DNA of 64,000 nt from Phoronis australis (Eukaryota; Animalia; Phoronida): assembly GCA_002633005.1 (NCBI GenBank), contig NMRA01000053.1, forward strand, positions 568,131-632,130. Direction: 5' to 3'. A model generated the notes under the pieces. The model saw only the letters and a list, made by a program, of their open reading frames with translations, was not told the origin of the DNA and did no database searches. This document shows, in pieces, positions 24,875-37,948 of the stretch (positions within the stretch are counted from its first letter, which is position 1; every line of letters starts with the position of its first letter). The translations under genes were made by a program, and so were the position numbers.

Positions 24875-25616
24875 TGAACCCGGTCCGCAAGAGTTTCGAG
24901 TCGTCGACTTTACCACTGCACCACTCAGCAGGTGACGTCATCGAACGTGAAAATAGAATACTTATATGAGCACGCGCAACAATCGCATGTTAAACAAAGG
25001 GTAGTGTACCGACATTTATACGCTATGAAAAATAAAACGCATAATCTCCATAAAAACGATATTTTGATTCAGTGAAATTTTTCTCTCGTGTTCTCTCACT
25101 TGTAAATAAACCGGTCTCCAATTTGAATGCGGATATCGTGTCATCAGGATCCTTTGGCTGGAGCTCTATACTCAGTTACCAGACGATATTTTCCCGCTTG
25201 GCGTGATAAAATGTGTAGTAAGCTATAATAGTGTCTAAACCTTATTTTATATATTCACTCTATTTCTATTTTGTTTAAATTTTCAGTTGGCTTTGAGTAA
25301 AAGCATTATTTGACAAAAATAGCTCGGTTTTTCTTAAAAGGTCACGACCTCCGACCCCGAGCCTCTGACATAGAAAGTAGTTACAAAGCCTGGGTGAGTG
25401 GAGAAAGGTAGATCGATTCATTGCAATGTTTCTCGTTCAGAATGAGGTATAAATAGATTATTAAATGTTCTCAGTCGTTATCCCCGTATTCTAGAGACCT
25501 CGTGGATTTTGGAGAATTATTACCCTGGGGGCTAACGTCCCTTGGGCGATAATTTTCCAAAATCCACTCGGGCTCTAGAATACGGGTGATAACGACTTCG
25601 CTATGTAATAACCTAT
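24875..25616. mobile_element. Non-autonomous element with internal tRNA-like module and terminal 125-bp hairpin (copy 1, truncated)
   Basis: Highly similar to 62890-63592; palindrome agtcgttatcc...gataacgact at 25473-25597. Confidence 0.75.
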
Positions 25617-25871
25617 ATTTATTCTGCCCTTAAAAGACTAGAACAACTCTTAAATGGGTTGACTGCGTGTACAAATGTGCCTGTTTAATTTTTGTTTATT
25701 GTACTTTGGGCCAGAGGCCTTTCATACAAAATAAACGTATACAGCTTATTATACTGAATAAAAAGTAGAGAGAAAAACTTGTAATTTTCTGTAAAAAAGT
25801 ATTCCCATGATGTAAAAACGTTATGGCAGCTCAATGAGTAAGGTTGTAACAGCAGTTATTTCCACATCATT

Positions 25872-25970
25872 GGGGAGGGGGAGGAGGAGGGAGGGAGGGG
25901 GAGGGAGGGAGGGGGCAGGGAGGGGGGAGAGGGAGAGGGAGAGAGCGAGGGAGAGGGAGAGAGAGAGAGA
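25872..25970. repeat. Polypurine (GGGA/GA)n tract
   Basis: About 100 nt almost entirely G/A. Confidence 0.9.
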
Positions 25971-26470
25971 CTTTTATTTACATTAAGACATAGTACAATG
26001 ATTAAATAATTGCGATTTAAATCAGGAGGCCTGCTAAAGGTTTTCGACCGCTAATAAGAAGGTCCCCTGTACAAAATAAATTAATATAAATAAAAATCGT
26101 TAAGAATAAGTGAATAATCCAAAAGAGGAAAATAAAAAATACAAGATATACTAAGAAAAGAAATAGAATTATAGCCGTGAAAGGACCGACACGCCAGGAA
26201 CCAAGAAGTGGACTGGCACAGCTCAAGAGATTTTGGGAACACAACTAGATACTGTTACATATGAAGCAATTGGAAATATGACAGATTGGATCATAGTTGG
26301 AGAATGCTTGCAAAGAGTGTGTTTTTATTATATTTAAAGCAGAGACTGGTATTTCGTTGTTAGTTTATAAGGCGAGGAATTTCAGGCTCTTGATGACAAT
26401 TTGTTGGACGGGGGAATTGAAATTTTGGGTTATATTGTAACAGCAGCTGAGTATTGTTTCAGGTATGCAG
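25971..26470 (-). mobile_element. 3' end of a decayed CR1/L2-group LINE
   Basis: Minus frames give TPAYLKQY and KTHSLQAFSNYDPICHISNCFICNS (C-x-I-x-N-C-x-I-C terminal motif), then an AT-rich UTR, aataaa and a (TC)n tail. Confidence 0.5.
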
Positions 26471-26677
26471 GAGTTTTAACGTTTTAAGTTGGTTTACATT
26501 GAAAGTAATTTTTAAGAAGGTAACTGGCCCAACAAGCTTACTCAATTCATGATTTTTGATAAGCTTGATTTACGCTTTTACAAGTACTGCGGAGTAATCT
26601 CGTTCCAAGCTTAGCCCGCAATGAAAAGTAAGGGAGGAAGCAAATTTAGGGCTGGAGAAGCATTAGAACAGCCTCCC

Positions 26678-26803
26678 TTTCAGCAACGCTAGGACCTCGC
26701 TGAAAAGCAAGACTTCGCGAGATTACGTGAGATATTGCCGTGCATTTTAAATGAAAACACGTGACTTTGACTAGGTTTTAGCGAGGTCCTAGCGTCTACT
26801 GAA
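26678..26803. mobile_element. Short palindromic MITE
   Basis: cgctaggacctcgctgaaaa...ttttagcgaggtcctagcg are inverted termini. Confidence 0.65.
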
Positions 26804-29550
26804 CGCACGCCAGGACTCTCAACAAGCTTGCACAAAGTTAGCTGAGTAAAAAGGAACTTTTTAACATCACTTCCATAGGTTTAATTGTCACGGTCCACAG
26901 AAACAGTTGATTTCCAAATGCAGGCTGTACATGGTCAGTGCAAGGACACGGGACACAGAACTATTACACAAAGTTTATTGCAAACAGTTAACTTAACTAC
27001 GACCGAAGCTCCACAACCACATTTTTATTCACACATGTCATACAATTTAACATATGCATGGCTGAAAATTCCATGCATACACTTTGGTACTAAATATGAA
27101 CAAAACAAAAAGCTTCAATCCTTATATAACCTGTCAACAACATTTTCAAAAATTGTCCATGAGCTTGGAAATGACGTTTAGAATACCATAATCGAGTGGC
27201 TCACGCAGATGCTCCACTTATCAACAAAGTACCCTTTCCCTGAAATTTCTGGGACTTTTTAGTAAAGTTAACACATATTAGAAGAAACGAAAAGGCGCTG
27301 CTGTGTTTTTTTTCAGTGAAAAACCCTTATTTCTTCACAGCTTGAAAAATTGAATCCGGAATTTCGGTATTCATACAACACAAAGTTAATTCCAAAAATC
27401 TGAAATAGGTGCCCGGTCCCGAAGCGGACACTCCGTCATTCTGAATGCAATTGACTTGTGTATTGCTTCTTGTTAGATTTCGCAAACATCGCCGAATTCA
27501 ACCGAAAAAGTGATAAAAAGTGTTATGAATGAAAATTTTTTCTCTTTATGGTTTCTTGCCTGAAGCAATAAATTAAGTAATTTCAGGTGTGACCGGGAGT
27601 CAAAATCGCAAGGACACACAATGGAGTTCTTTTTCACATTATCTGGTCAAAACAATTTTCGAATTAAAAAATGTATATTGAAATTACAGTGTATGACATT
27701 GCTTTTACCTCTTTTTCAAATAAAAGTGCTTAGAGACGTCTTTTCAATAACCGCAAGAAGATTAGCGCCAAGTTAGCTGTTTTTTATTTTACCGCCCTCT
27801 TTTCCAGAGTAAAATTAATCAAAATCAAAATTTGGTCAAATACGTCAGACGCTGGGTCGTTGAGATAACGCTAAAGCTTTCAAATAATGCGTTTGATTTT
27901 GACAAAAGCATTACAAAACTTAAAATTTGAATGTCAAAGTGCGTGCACCTGCTTCAAGTGTGCGGTTCGGGACTGTTCGGATATGAACACTCTTCGTGTA
28001 CACCTGTGTGCAAAATATAAAAAGTCTAAGGCTTCCTACTTGAGATGACGCGGCAACAGCTGTTTCATAGATAAAATGCTATGGACCCTGCTTTGCGCTG
28101 ACACGCGACGCAGATAAAAAGCCCTGAATAACCGCATCGGAATCAAGGGTATATGAAGCCACCGTGCACATACAAAATAAATTTTGTCAATTTTTTGTAA
28201 ACTGACTTGAGACTAAAGGTCGTCTTAACACATAGCATCAGCATATTGTAGTAATAACTGTTTGCACATACAGTTATGAGCCAAAAGAAAACCCAAAGAA
28301 CTGCTTGCAAGAAATTTAATTTTTTTCCGAACCAAGCCTTCAGTTTCGTTGCTTTAACGTGAAGGCTGCTGTCGAAGTAATACAGACACGTGGAGTCACG
28401 TGCTTGGAAACTTCCTGCCACTGAACGGGTGACATCTACCTTCTTGCATTAGCACGACCTATACTAAGCTTTGTGAAACGGGGGTTACTATCACAAGTTC
28501 AAGAAAAAGGCATATGATTATCATATTAAACAATATAAAGACGTCCTTCCTATGCAGTTATTACATAAGCAAATGCAAAGGAGAGACAAGTTGACCCCTC
28601 CTTTCAGATTTCGAACTCACAAGCATTAGTATCAATGGGCCCGAGGAAATATTTTTAGAACCACCATTACACTAATGTCTCCAATCTATTCAATTTTCTT
28701 GACTAACTTGTCAGTAAACAACAAGCCAATCACAAGGCTATTCATTTGCTTTAGACACCAATTTTAAAGCACTGCCAGGGTGTCGGCTTTAAAATACACA
28801 ACAACGACCTCTTTGTGCATTTCCGTTAATTATTGCCCCAGTTTCTGAACAAACTCCCGGACTTATTTTTGGAATATCAGACAGTTAAGCAATGTGGCGG
28901 CTCCTAATACATGCCCTAAGCTCACTGAAAAGAAATATTGACGCAAATCCACACAGAGTGGTGATATTTACAAAATGCTTGTGATGTCATTGATTGATTG
29001 ATAAGGTTGTCTCTATAACATAATTTAAAATGGTTAAAAAAACAAAAAAAAAGAAGGAGCATCTCTAAAGACAGCTTATCTTGAATAAACGGCTTTTTCG
29101 TGAATAATAACCAAATAAGCACAAACCACAAATAGATCACTGTCTCATGCAAATTAATAAATTTCCGGAATAACATCATCAAACAGCAGTGTGTGACAAA
29201 AGTCAAAACACCGTAAGGTGCTTCAGCATCACCAATATAATATACAGTTTTAGACAACGAAATGACGTAATCGACAGTATGTGCTGACACTCGACAATAT
29301 ATTCAAATTTAATTGTGTGTGTTCGTGTGAGCATGCACATGAATATGTATATATACTGAACACAATGATCTTGCAATCAAACACATGTAAGTGTTGAAAT
29401 AAGACTAATACATAAACGAAACACTAAACAGTTATGCCTCAACTATCCTTAAAACAGACCGCTGGTTGGTGTCGTCACAATCATGGTAAATCTTGCTGGC
29501 AGACCTCTTTGGTTACGAAGTATTCAAAATACTAGGTTGTGAATGTTCGC

Positions 29551-29606
29551 TCAACCAGAAGCCTTGTCGGTCTTGAGGCGTTTTTCGTATTCTTCTTCAC
29601 TGAGTT
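29551..29606 (-). CDS. Last coding exon of vWA-MIB-WWE gene (ELSEEEYEKRLKTDKASG*)
   Basis: Acceptor ttgtattttcag|AA, phase 1, TGA. Confidence 0.7.
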
Positions 29607-32524
29607 CTGAAAATACAACAGCCTATTGTACACACACCTAAACAAGCATAAATCTAGAGCAACAGTCACGGACAGCCTGAGTTAATTATTTAAGTACTGT
29701 ATATAAAAAACCTTGTTCATTAGGTGCCACATTTCAGGTACCTGGTCAATGATCTGAAAATCGAATTCGAAATTTCGTGCATAGGCCCGAACGAGAAAAC
29801 AAGGTTAAAACCCTGTTTCGGTGTGTACCATCAAAACTGGATGAGAAGGGGAGGGTGGGTTAACGGACCCGTGACCCCTGTTCATTGCCAAAATGCCCTC
29901 ACCCCGCTTGAAACCATTGTACACGCTGTACATTTTAATTGTTGGGGCATAAGTGGGCTAAAATATGGCATGTACTTTGTGATGAAACAAGGTAATGCTT
30001 GAGTTTAACGATGTTTTTCATTAGAGTGGTAGTATATGACTATTGTGACCAAGGTGAAACTCAGGCTGCGGCCTCAAGGCGATGTTCCTTATCTATATGT
30101 CGGGGAATCCATTGAGCAAGGCGCTGGTTAAATCACTGCCACGTGCAAGAGCGACTAGCTTCGTCTGATAGAACCTGGCCATTTCCGTTTGCTTACCACC
30201 AAACTTACTACAAAACGTACCGAGAGTGACGATATTACTTCATGTACGCCAATCGAGGTACGTTTTGTATTTATTCCATACGCTTCGAATTCCTCAGTTT
30301 CTTTCATGTTTCCGCAAATTTTTTGAATACTTCACTCAGACTGTTCACATGGCGAATCACATCCTATTATGTATGTACTTGCGCGTTAGGTTGCAAGTTT
30401 TCTCTAGTAAAACAAACAGTTTTAAATGTAACGATTTATTACTTGAAAAGAGATAACAGCTCGGAAAACAACGGCAACTTAGCACTGAACTTGTAACATC
30501 TCGTGAAAATAGTTAAAAAACAACATTTGAAATTGTAGTTACCGTGGAATCGGCGCCTGAGTTGCAGACGATATAATATTTAGCAAATGAAAACTGAGAC
30601 AGAACTGTCATATAATTAACAGTCCTGTTCCAGATGTTACGATTGGGATCTGATTGCATGTTGAGTGTTATTTACTCTGCTATAATTGAATCACTTTAAA
30701 ATATTTTCGGAAAGTTTGATGATCGAACCAGCTAATGAGATCGAGTCGACATTGCCCTACCTTTCCATGTCAGAGGTCACTGTTAAAGTAGCGCGGAGGT
30801 GAATACGGAAAACATTATTACATGGCCGAATTTCCTTCCACAGATTCAACGCGCATGAGATAAATTGCTTGAGTGCATGTGAAAGCGCAATTCTTGCTTT
30901 GATACTGTAAATGTTTTTAGATACTAATAGCCTTGATTAAGGAAATAGTTTGTCTGAAAATAATACAATCTCGAAATGTCACTTTTGTTGTACCGTATAA
31001 TTAATACACTATGTGCGCGTATTTAGGCCCGTGTACCTGGCCACGTTTGAAGCTGCGGCTATATCCAAAATTAGGTGGACGCGCCAATATAAGATTAACG
31101 ATTTTAGTAAAAACGCCCTTGAAAGTGATACTGTGGAATTTGTGCACCCCCTCATTTTTAGGAAATAATAGCATATCAAATATGAAAACATTACAAATAA
31201 TTTTGCACATGTCAGTAACTAAGACTGGAGTTTTATACGTGTCATTTCTACAAAGTACGTTCGCAAGTAAATCTAACGATGTCCTATCTGTGTTATAATG
31301 TAGGAAATGCGCTGGGAAAGATTATACGCTTTTGCCGAAGACAAAGCGCCTGCCCGCATCAACAAGCATTATTTCGGATACACTTCCTTATGCTTGGGTC
31401 TAAATACGCGTAGCCGGCTTCTCTTTGAGAGGGTCATGCAGTTTGCCAAAGAGCCGAAAAGCAGTAATTGTTTTACGACATTGACCAACATTTGAATATG
31501 TTTTCTCATGCTAAATAACAGATTATTTGTTTTGGAATTTTTTTGATTTTGCGTCGTGGTTTTGTTACCTTCGCGTCACACATCAAATTTTGTAATAGCA
31601 GCATAGCTAAACCGAAGTGCAGACATTAAATGTGACTTTGGTCAAACGGGAATTTGGAATTCATCTAAGAAAAACATCCCTGTGGCAGTTTGCATCAACT
31701 AACGCTATTTCACAATCCCAATAATATAAAATTATCTACATTTAGTAAAATGCAGCGTGATAAACGTAAACTTGAAATAGGCACGCTTTTGCGAAAGTCA
31801 TTTTAAGCATTCTGTGACACTGTTTGAGCTAAAATACCTAAAGCAGGTGACGACCCCTATCTTTATTGTTACTTAGAAAACAAGGTGGGCGTCAAAACAC
31901 CCAGGAAACCAAACAGCGCCTGCTCGTGGACAAGCAAATTAAATTTGAGGTATTCAACATCAAAACAAAAAAACTTTTACCTACGCCAACATAAGAAAAT
32001 CAGTGAATCGGGAAATAGAATTGAAGTTGTTAAATTTACGTCGAACAAAGCATTAACCTGTCTTGAAAAGGACTTCACTCATTTATTCAATCAAAACTGG
32101 TTTTGCAGAAACCCATGTAAAATCCGCACAAGTGCCTGTGTTTAGGCGCCTACAACAAGAAAACTAATTCGATGACCCTCACATATTTTTTGCAGACTTG
32201 TAGCATGCAAATAACACATACAAAGTATGAAATATCAAAAATTAACGATAAATCAAAACTGATCCTATTTCCACTTCTTCAGTTTCAAAAGATTCTGGAA
32301 AAAGCTAATTTTCGGACAAATTACCCCTGACAATTCCTCAAACTTTTTCCCTGGGAGCCCTACAGTACAGTGCTTTGCTTTAGGGCCCATCAGATTGTTA
32401 AGACGGTCCATAGGCATTCACAGTGATAATACCCGTGCTCCGATGACATTCAGTGGCTAAATGGTAATCTCAAAGGATGACTCCAAACAATTAATGTAAA
32501 TTTGATACTAAGTTGTAGTCTTAC

Positions 32525-32592
32525 CCTGGCGTAAGATCTGCATTACGCTATCCCCATGTCTTGCTTCTTCCTTGTTAAAGTCAATAGTGTAC
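32525..32592 (-). CDS. WWE domain C-terminal exon (YTIDFNKEEARHGDSVMQILRQ)
   Basis: Acceptor cttgtag|G, donor CAG G|gtaag, phase 2 to 1; Y-x-I-D-F WWE motif. Confidence 0.85.
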
Positions 32593-32675
32593 CTACAAGT
32601 TGACAAATGTATTGAACTGAAAATAGTCGGGTTTACAATAGCAAATAATAGGACAAGAACAAAATAGAACAGCTT

Positions 32676-33775
32676 TAATAGGTGCCCACCGTGTGCATCA
32701 CAAACGATACTGACATATGGAGTGTCGACGATGCGGTGATCGAATCAATGTGCGCACCATCAGCTCTGATGGATCTTCATACTGAGAACACGGAAGAGCG
32801 ATCAACAAAACTGGCACATATTAAAGCAAACGTAATGACAATTTGTCATCACATTAGTCAGGTCTTTCCTCAAGAGGAACTCGTGTGACAAATTCTTCGA
32901 GGAGCCATCAAATAACTCGTAGACATAAACGCGGGTTAAGAGGAAACTAAGATAGCCCCTAGATGGCGCTACTGTTGAACAGTTAAAGAATTAATGTTAG
33001 CCAAACTCACCAACACATCCTTGAATTCGATAATTTTTCAAGCGGATGGCAGAAAAGACGACAGGCGCCAAGAACAGACATGGGAAACAATCAACATGGT
33101 AACTGGGATGACAAAAAGGCAAAATCCATAGAAACATATATGCTAAATTTCATGAAAACCTACCATACAACTTGGTAGAAATGAAAGCATGTGGAAAAAC
33201 CAACAAGGGGACACTGTAGCAGTCGCTTTTCCCGAAATAAACGTCAGCCGCGCTCTCTTGCAAATAGTGCCTCAGAAACCACAATTTCCTGACCTTATAT
33301 CAAGATATATATGTCAAATATCGAGGGAAAGGAAAAAATTGGAGTCGGGGATGACTCAACATGAAAAATCAAGGAATTTGGTTGATATGACGTAGAGCCA
33401 AAGATTGCCACTGGGAGGCGCTACCGTATTCCTACTCGTGACCAAGTACAACCGTGCGCTCCTCAACACGTGATCGTTTGAGTAGTTTGGCAGATAGAGA
33501 CAGACATACGCTAAAAAAGGCTCGACAACAGAGAAAATGGCCAGTAGGTGGACGTAGAATAGACCGAATTAGTCCGACATTAGGGAAAATATTGTCGTTA
33601 TCTCGTTAGAAACAAACTTAACCGGATACGTCAAAAGTCATCATTGTCTCTCGTCAGATCGATAGGAACACATCTGCCAATTATCATGAAGATCCTAAAA
33701 GGGGCTTAGGAGACAAAGCAGACGCATACGACGCTGGGCAATGTGACATCACAAATATATATTAGGGAGCATTAA
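32676..33775. mobile_element. Non-autonomous DNA element with internal modular repeats (Helentron/Crypton-type relic)
   Basis: Short inverted termini ttaataggtgccc/gggagcattaa and recurring ag(a)tggcgctac and aaatttcatgaa modules. Class not resolved. Confidence 0.4.
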
Positions 33776-34059
33776 AATCTTGTGATTGAACCCAATCCAT
33801 AGTCATGCCATTACTCAATTCTGTGCCATAGACGGTATGTTTGTGTTAACAAACGTCTCACCACCCTAATACTTTTTATGGTTCCTCAAAAGGTACATGT
33901 AGCAACGGGTATTCCACAGTATGGCCATTTTGCATGAGGGCTGCTGGAGTCACTGGGATGCTTTTAACATTCTCAATATTGGTGATATCATGAACCTGGG
34001 AACTGTTGTCGACATCATTTTCGGAGAAATCTAAATTAGCTTTAGTGGACAAGACTTAC

Positions 34060-34245
34060 GTTGCTCCGTCGATCTCGATTTCCGTCGAGCCTCGAGGGTT
34101 TTCCTTATACTTCAGATCCAACAGAATGGTAGTTTCTTGACTGTACATCAACCACTCGTTCGACTTATCCAAATAGAACCAAACTATTTTTGTACCGGGT
34201 GGTTCTCGAAATGGAAATTCGTTAGGCTCCGACAGGTCAGGTGCG
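34060..34245 (-). CDS. WWE domain N-terminal exon
   Basis: Acceptor ctatttcag|C, donor AC|gtaagt, phase 2-2; KIVWFYLDKSNEWLMYSQETTILLDLKYKENPRGSTEIEIDG. Confidence 0.88.
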
Positions 34246-34882
34246 CTGAAATAGTCCAGTTTCAGGTACCCTTACTTTAAACACATGTGCTTTCAGAAGC
34301 AAAGCTTTTCGGCACGTACACCTGAGCGGTCCGTGGCGTCCAAAACAGCGGTTTATAGCATTTTATGTGTATACGGAATATACCATGGAACATTTATATA
34401 TTAACAGTGTGAGAATTTGAAACAATGGAGAAACAGCTTCGTGTGGCTGTCTTCATTAATCTCTACTCACTTGCGTGTTTGCGTATATGGCTATTTTTCA
34501 CCATTGTCCTTTTTGAGCCAATCTCATAATCCGAAACATACCAACGTTATTCAGATTTCTTCGACTTCGCAACATGATAAAACAATAGGTTCATTATCAA
34601 TGATTTAAGAAATCATTAATAGGAACTGCTGAAAGAGAAGAGGCGAAGCAGAAAGCATTATTATAATCCGTAGTTTTCCGCGCAGTGGTTCAAGTCACCG
34701 TAGTACATTCAAAGTTATCTACTCAAATGGCAATCGTATCGAGATTGATCGCCATATCCTCGGCTCCATTCGGAAGTTGTACATCACAAGCCTCGGCGGA
34801 ATCGTGACTCTTGTCCAAGGTAACGTTTATCCTAATTTGACATATGTCTGTGCTGAAGTCTGCCTATAATCAAATTACTTAC

Positions 34883-34953
34883 ACAACTTCTAAGTCAAAA
34901 CATCCTTCAGATCCACACCGATATGCATTACAGTGTCCATTAGGCCAACGTAC
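34883..34953 (-). CDS. MIB/HERC2 repeat 2 C-terminal exon (VRWPNGHCNAYRCGSEGCFDLEVV)
   Basis: Acceptor tgtttgtag|GTA, donor GT|gtaagt; V-x-W-x-NG..N-x-YR-x-G..G-x-FDL motif. Confidence 0.92.
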
Positions 34954-35075
34954 CTACAAACAGACAAACAGATAGTTACTAAAGCTGAGGAGCAGACATC
35001 AGTCAAGGGCGACGTGTTCATAATTCAAGAAAATGTGTTACTGGGACACCACATTCCTCGATGACATGACAGAAC

Positions 35076-35965
35076 CATAGGCGGATTTAGGAGGGGGCCC
35101 AGGGGGCTCGGGCCCCCCCCCCTCTTGGCTGCCGCAAAAAAAATAAAACAGTAAGAGCGTAGGGAAATGGTGAGTATATTAATAAACCCCGGTAATTAAA
35201 CTTATACGGATGAAAAGAAGATTTAAATGTGTGCAGTTTTAGTGTTTNTCGTCTGCTCCACTGTGCAATGAAGAAAATTTACTTCATTTTTTAAAGAGAA
35301 TGGAACCTGAGTGACGATGAAAAAACAGAAGCTGCTGGTAAGATGTGAATTTTAATCGAAGCCTTAGTGAATCACTCAGAAACTCGCAATACTCTCTTTG
35401 TCAAACCTTATCTTAAGACGATTTCCAAAGCAATCCCGTCATTATTGCCAACACGAAAAACGGATTTGGTCTTTTGGGCATTTGAAGACTATTTTAAATC
35501 CGACAAATTTGTTAACAATTGATAGCACAAAATATAAAACGTGTAATAAGCATTACGGAAAGAAGTAGGTTTCGCGCGCAAACGCTGTGGACCATAAACA
35601 AGTAGGTCTTTTAGAATGGGACTTGTAGTTAATCGTGGTGGTGTAGTGGTAACGCACGCGCTCGCTATTCGCTAGGTCGTGAGTTCGAGTCTCTGCTACG
35701 TTCAGTTTTTCCTGTTTGACACGTTCTCCGTGTTTTGTTTTTTTTCCTTTTTTTTCTTGGATAATACTTCAGGAATCAAGGAAAGTGCTTGATTTTTAGA
35801 GGTAAAAACAGAAAAATTTTCTGAGCGGGAGGGGGGCAAACCCCCCTCCCGACCTCCCCCCATTCGGTGCTATGCGCATCTACAATCGTGGTGCAGTTTG
35901 CGCAAATGCTTACAGCCGGACAAAATGTTGGGCCCCCCCCTTGTGATATCCTAGATCCGCCACTG
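35076..35965. mobile_element. hAT-like MITE with 6-bp TSD (CAGAAC) and internal tRNA-like segment
   Basis: TIRs cataggcggatttagga / cctagatccgccactg; cagaac flanks both sides; A/B-box segment at 35633-35700. Confidence 0.75.
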
Positions 35966-36499
35966 CAGAACTATTGTAAAACGTTGAAATGCGCCCACGG
36001 CAACACCGCAAACAGTATGGCTTTAGAACTGTTCATTATTAACATCATGTAATTTTCAAAAAAATATCACTCGAGGGCAAAGCATAAGCCACTTTCACAC
36101 GTGTGTGTGGCTATTCATTGCATACCCATCATTCATAACTAGGGACTACGGAATGGAACTGACTGGTGATTGTGTCGCAAACAAATTTACACGGATGTTG
36201 CTAGTTGTTTGGAGAATGCGCAGTATAGATTTCGCCTAAAACACACTAAAACAATGTTATCCTTAAAATAAGGTTGTATAAACCAAACCATTTTTAGGAG
36301 TTAAATGGAATAATTTTCTGAACCTGATATCTAACAATGGATGCTTCATTATCCCAAAACTCTTACGACGAAATTGCTGTGAAATTATCTTTCAAGCTTT
36401 GTTGGTCATCCATAAAGAGAGGAGTTGGGAGTGTGTTGCCCATTTTTTAAATGTATTACTGTACAGAACAGAGAGCAAAGACATCATGCATGGAAACGT

Positions 36500-36880
36500 T
36501 TTTGTGACTAAAGCTCTAGCCATGACCAAATATCGACACTTCTAATCATGACTAACGTTCTAGTCACGTCGAATTGCATGAGTGCATTTGAATAGATTTA
36601 GTCACATTTTAGTCATATCCTTTGCATAATTGGGACGTATTAAAGCTCTAGCCATGACTGGAGCTCTAATCATTACTAGCTTTATGTCATAGACTAAAGC
36701 GTTATCCATGACTAGAAATTTTGACAGTTAAGTCCTCGACAAGGGTCTTAGTACGTACAGATTATGCAAATGAAGTGACTAAACGTGACTAATTCTGTTC
36801 AAATGCAGTCATGCACAGTCGATAGTCTCATTTTAGTCATGACTAATATGTGACTAATATGTGACTAATTTGCGACTAAT
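36500..36880. repeat. Palindromic MITE-like element built from tagtca/tgacta units
   Basis: 36565-36630 is inverted relative to 36760-36822; many (t)agtcatgacta motifs. Confidence 0.6.
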
Positions 36881-37461
36881 AACTTACCAAAATTTTACTG
36901 ACCTAGGTTAAGGATGGACAATGAAAATCCCAATCAATTACCTCTTTTATTGCAAAACTATTGTGTTGTTCAGTAATTTTAAAGTTTTGGACCCAGCTGA
37001 GTGAAACTAAAATGATTAAACAGACACAATAATAGCAATTAGGAAACATTTATGCTGTAGATTACAAAGCGCCTCGAAAACTGATACCTGGCAACGGGCC
37101 TGGTCAATCGTAATCCTGTTCAACTACCCGACCGTATTGCATAGCTTAGCGGATGACCGACAAACGCAAAAAACCTCTCTCATTTCCAGGTTGTACAAAC
37201 ACAAAACAAAAATCGCGTCCACCCAAACAGTATTTAGGAGAATTTTACAAATATTTTGCCATAAGCATACGACTGTAGAGAATCAAAGTAAACAATGCCC
37301 CTTCGAGAGTACTAATGGTATGTCTCGTGCGCTCCCATCGACTTTTGATGCTTCTGGGCATGTGTATTGAGAATGTGAACGGACTATATTCAGTGATTTC
37401 AGTTTTAAAGTTTGACACGAGAAAGGCACTGTGTAAAGAAGAAACGTTCATTCTAACTTAC

Positions 37462-37547
37462 GTATACATGACCAGAGTCTTCAAGTTTGTATACCGTTCC
37501 GACTTCGCCAGCACCACCATCTTGGTTTCCCCATTTCCAATCCGGGC
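37462..37547 (-). CDS. MIB/HERC2 repeat 2 core exon (GPDWKWGNQDGGAGEVGTVYKLEDSGHVY)
   Basis: Acceptor tttctttcag|GC, donor TAC|gtaagt; canonical RGPDWKWGNQDGG..GTV signature. Confidence 0.95.
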
Positions 37548-37798
37548 CTGAAAGAAATAATCGGTTTAATGAGGGCCAGCTACCATTTGAATGTGTTGAT
37601 CAGTGCTCTAGGATAAATGTTTTTCAAAAATGGCTTCAAACTTTTTGAATCACTTGCATTTTTCACAAAAAACGTAATTAAGACTAAGAGGATACAAAGT
37701 AACACGAATCTAACCACTTCCTTCAATACAGACACATAATGAGTCATTCACATGAATGGGGTTGAAGTCACGAGATAAACCGCCCGTGTTACACTCAC

Positions 37799-37948
37799 CT
37801 CTTTTAACTTTAATCCCAACCTTTGGGAAAGGATCGTTGGGATCAGCGACACGAGGATCATTTGTAGTCATGATGTCAAATTTATTGTTCCTTCCGAAAT
37901 CATAACGGCGCTGTTTACCAGTTATATCCCACTCAACGGTGATGCTTT
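37799..37948 (-). CDS. MIB/HERC2 repeat 1 end and repeat 2 start (SITVEWDITGKQRRYDFG...VGIKVKRG)
   Basis: Acceptor atttatag|AA, donor AGA G|gtgagt, phase 1-1, 150 nt. Confidence 0.9.

Noticed and set aside
35633-35700. Possible tRNA gene
   Set aside because: Imperfect cloverleaf inside a MITE; treated as a tRNA-derived cassette.
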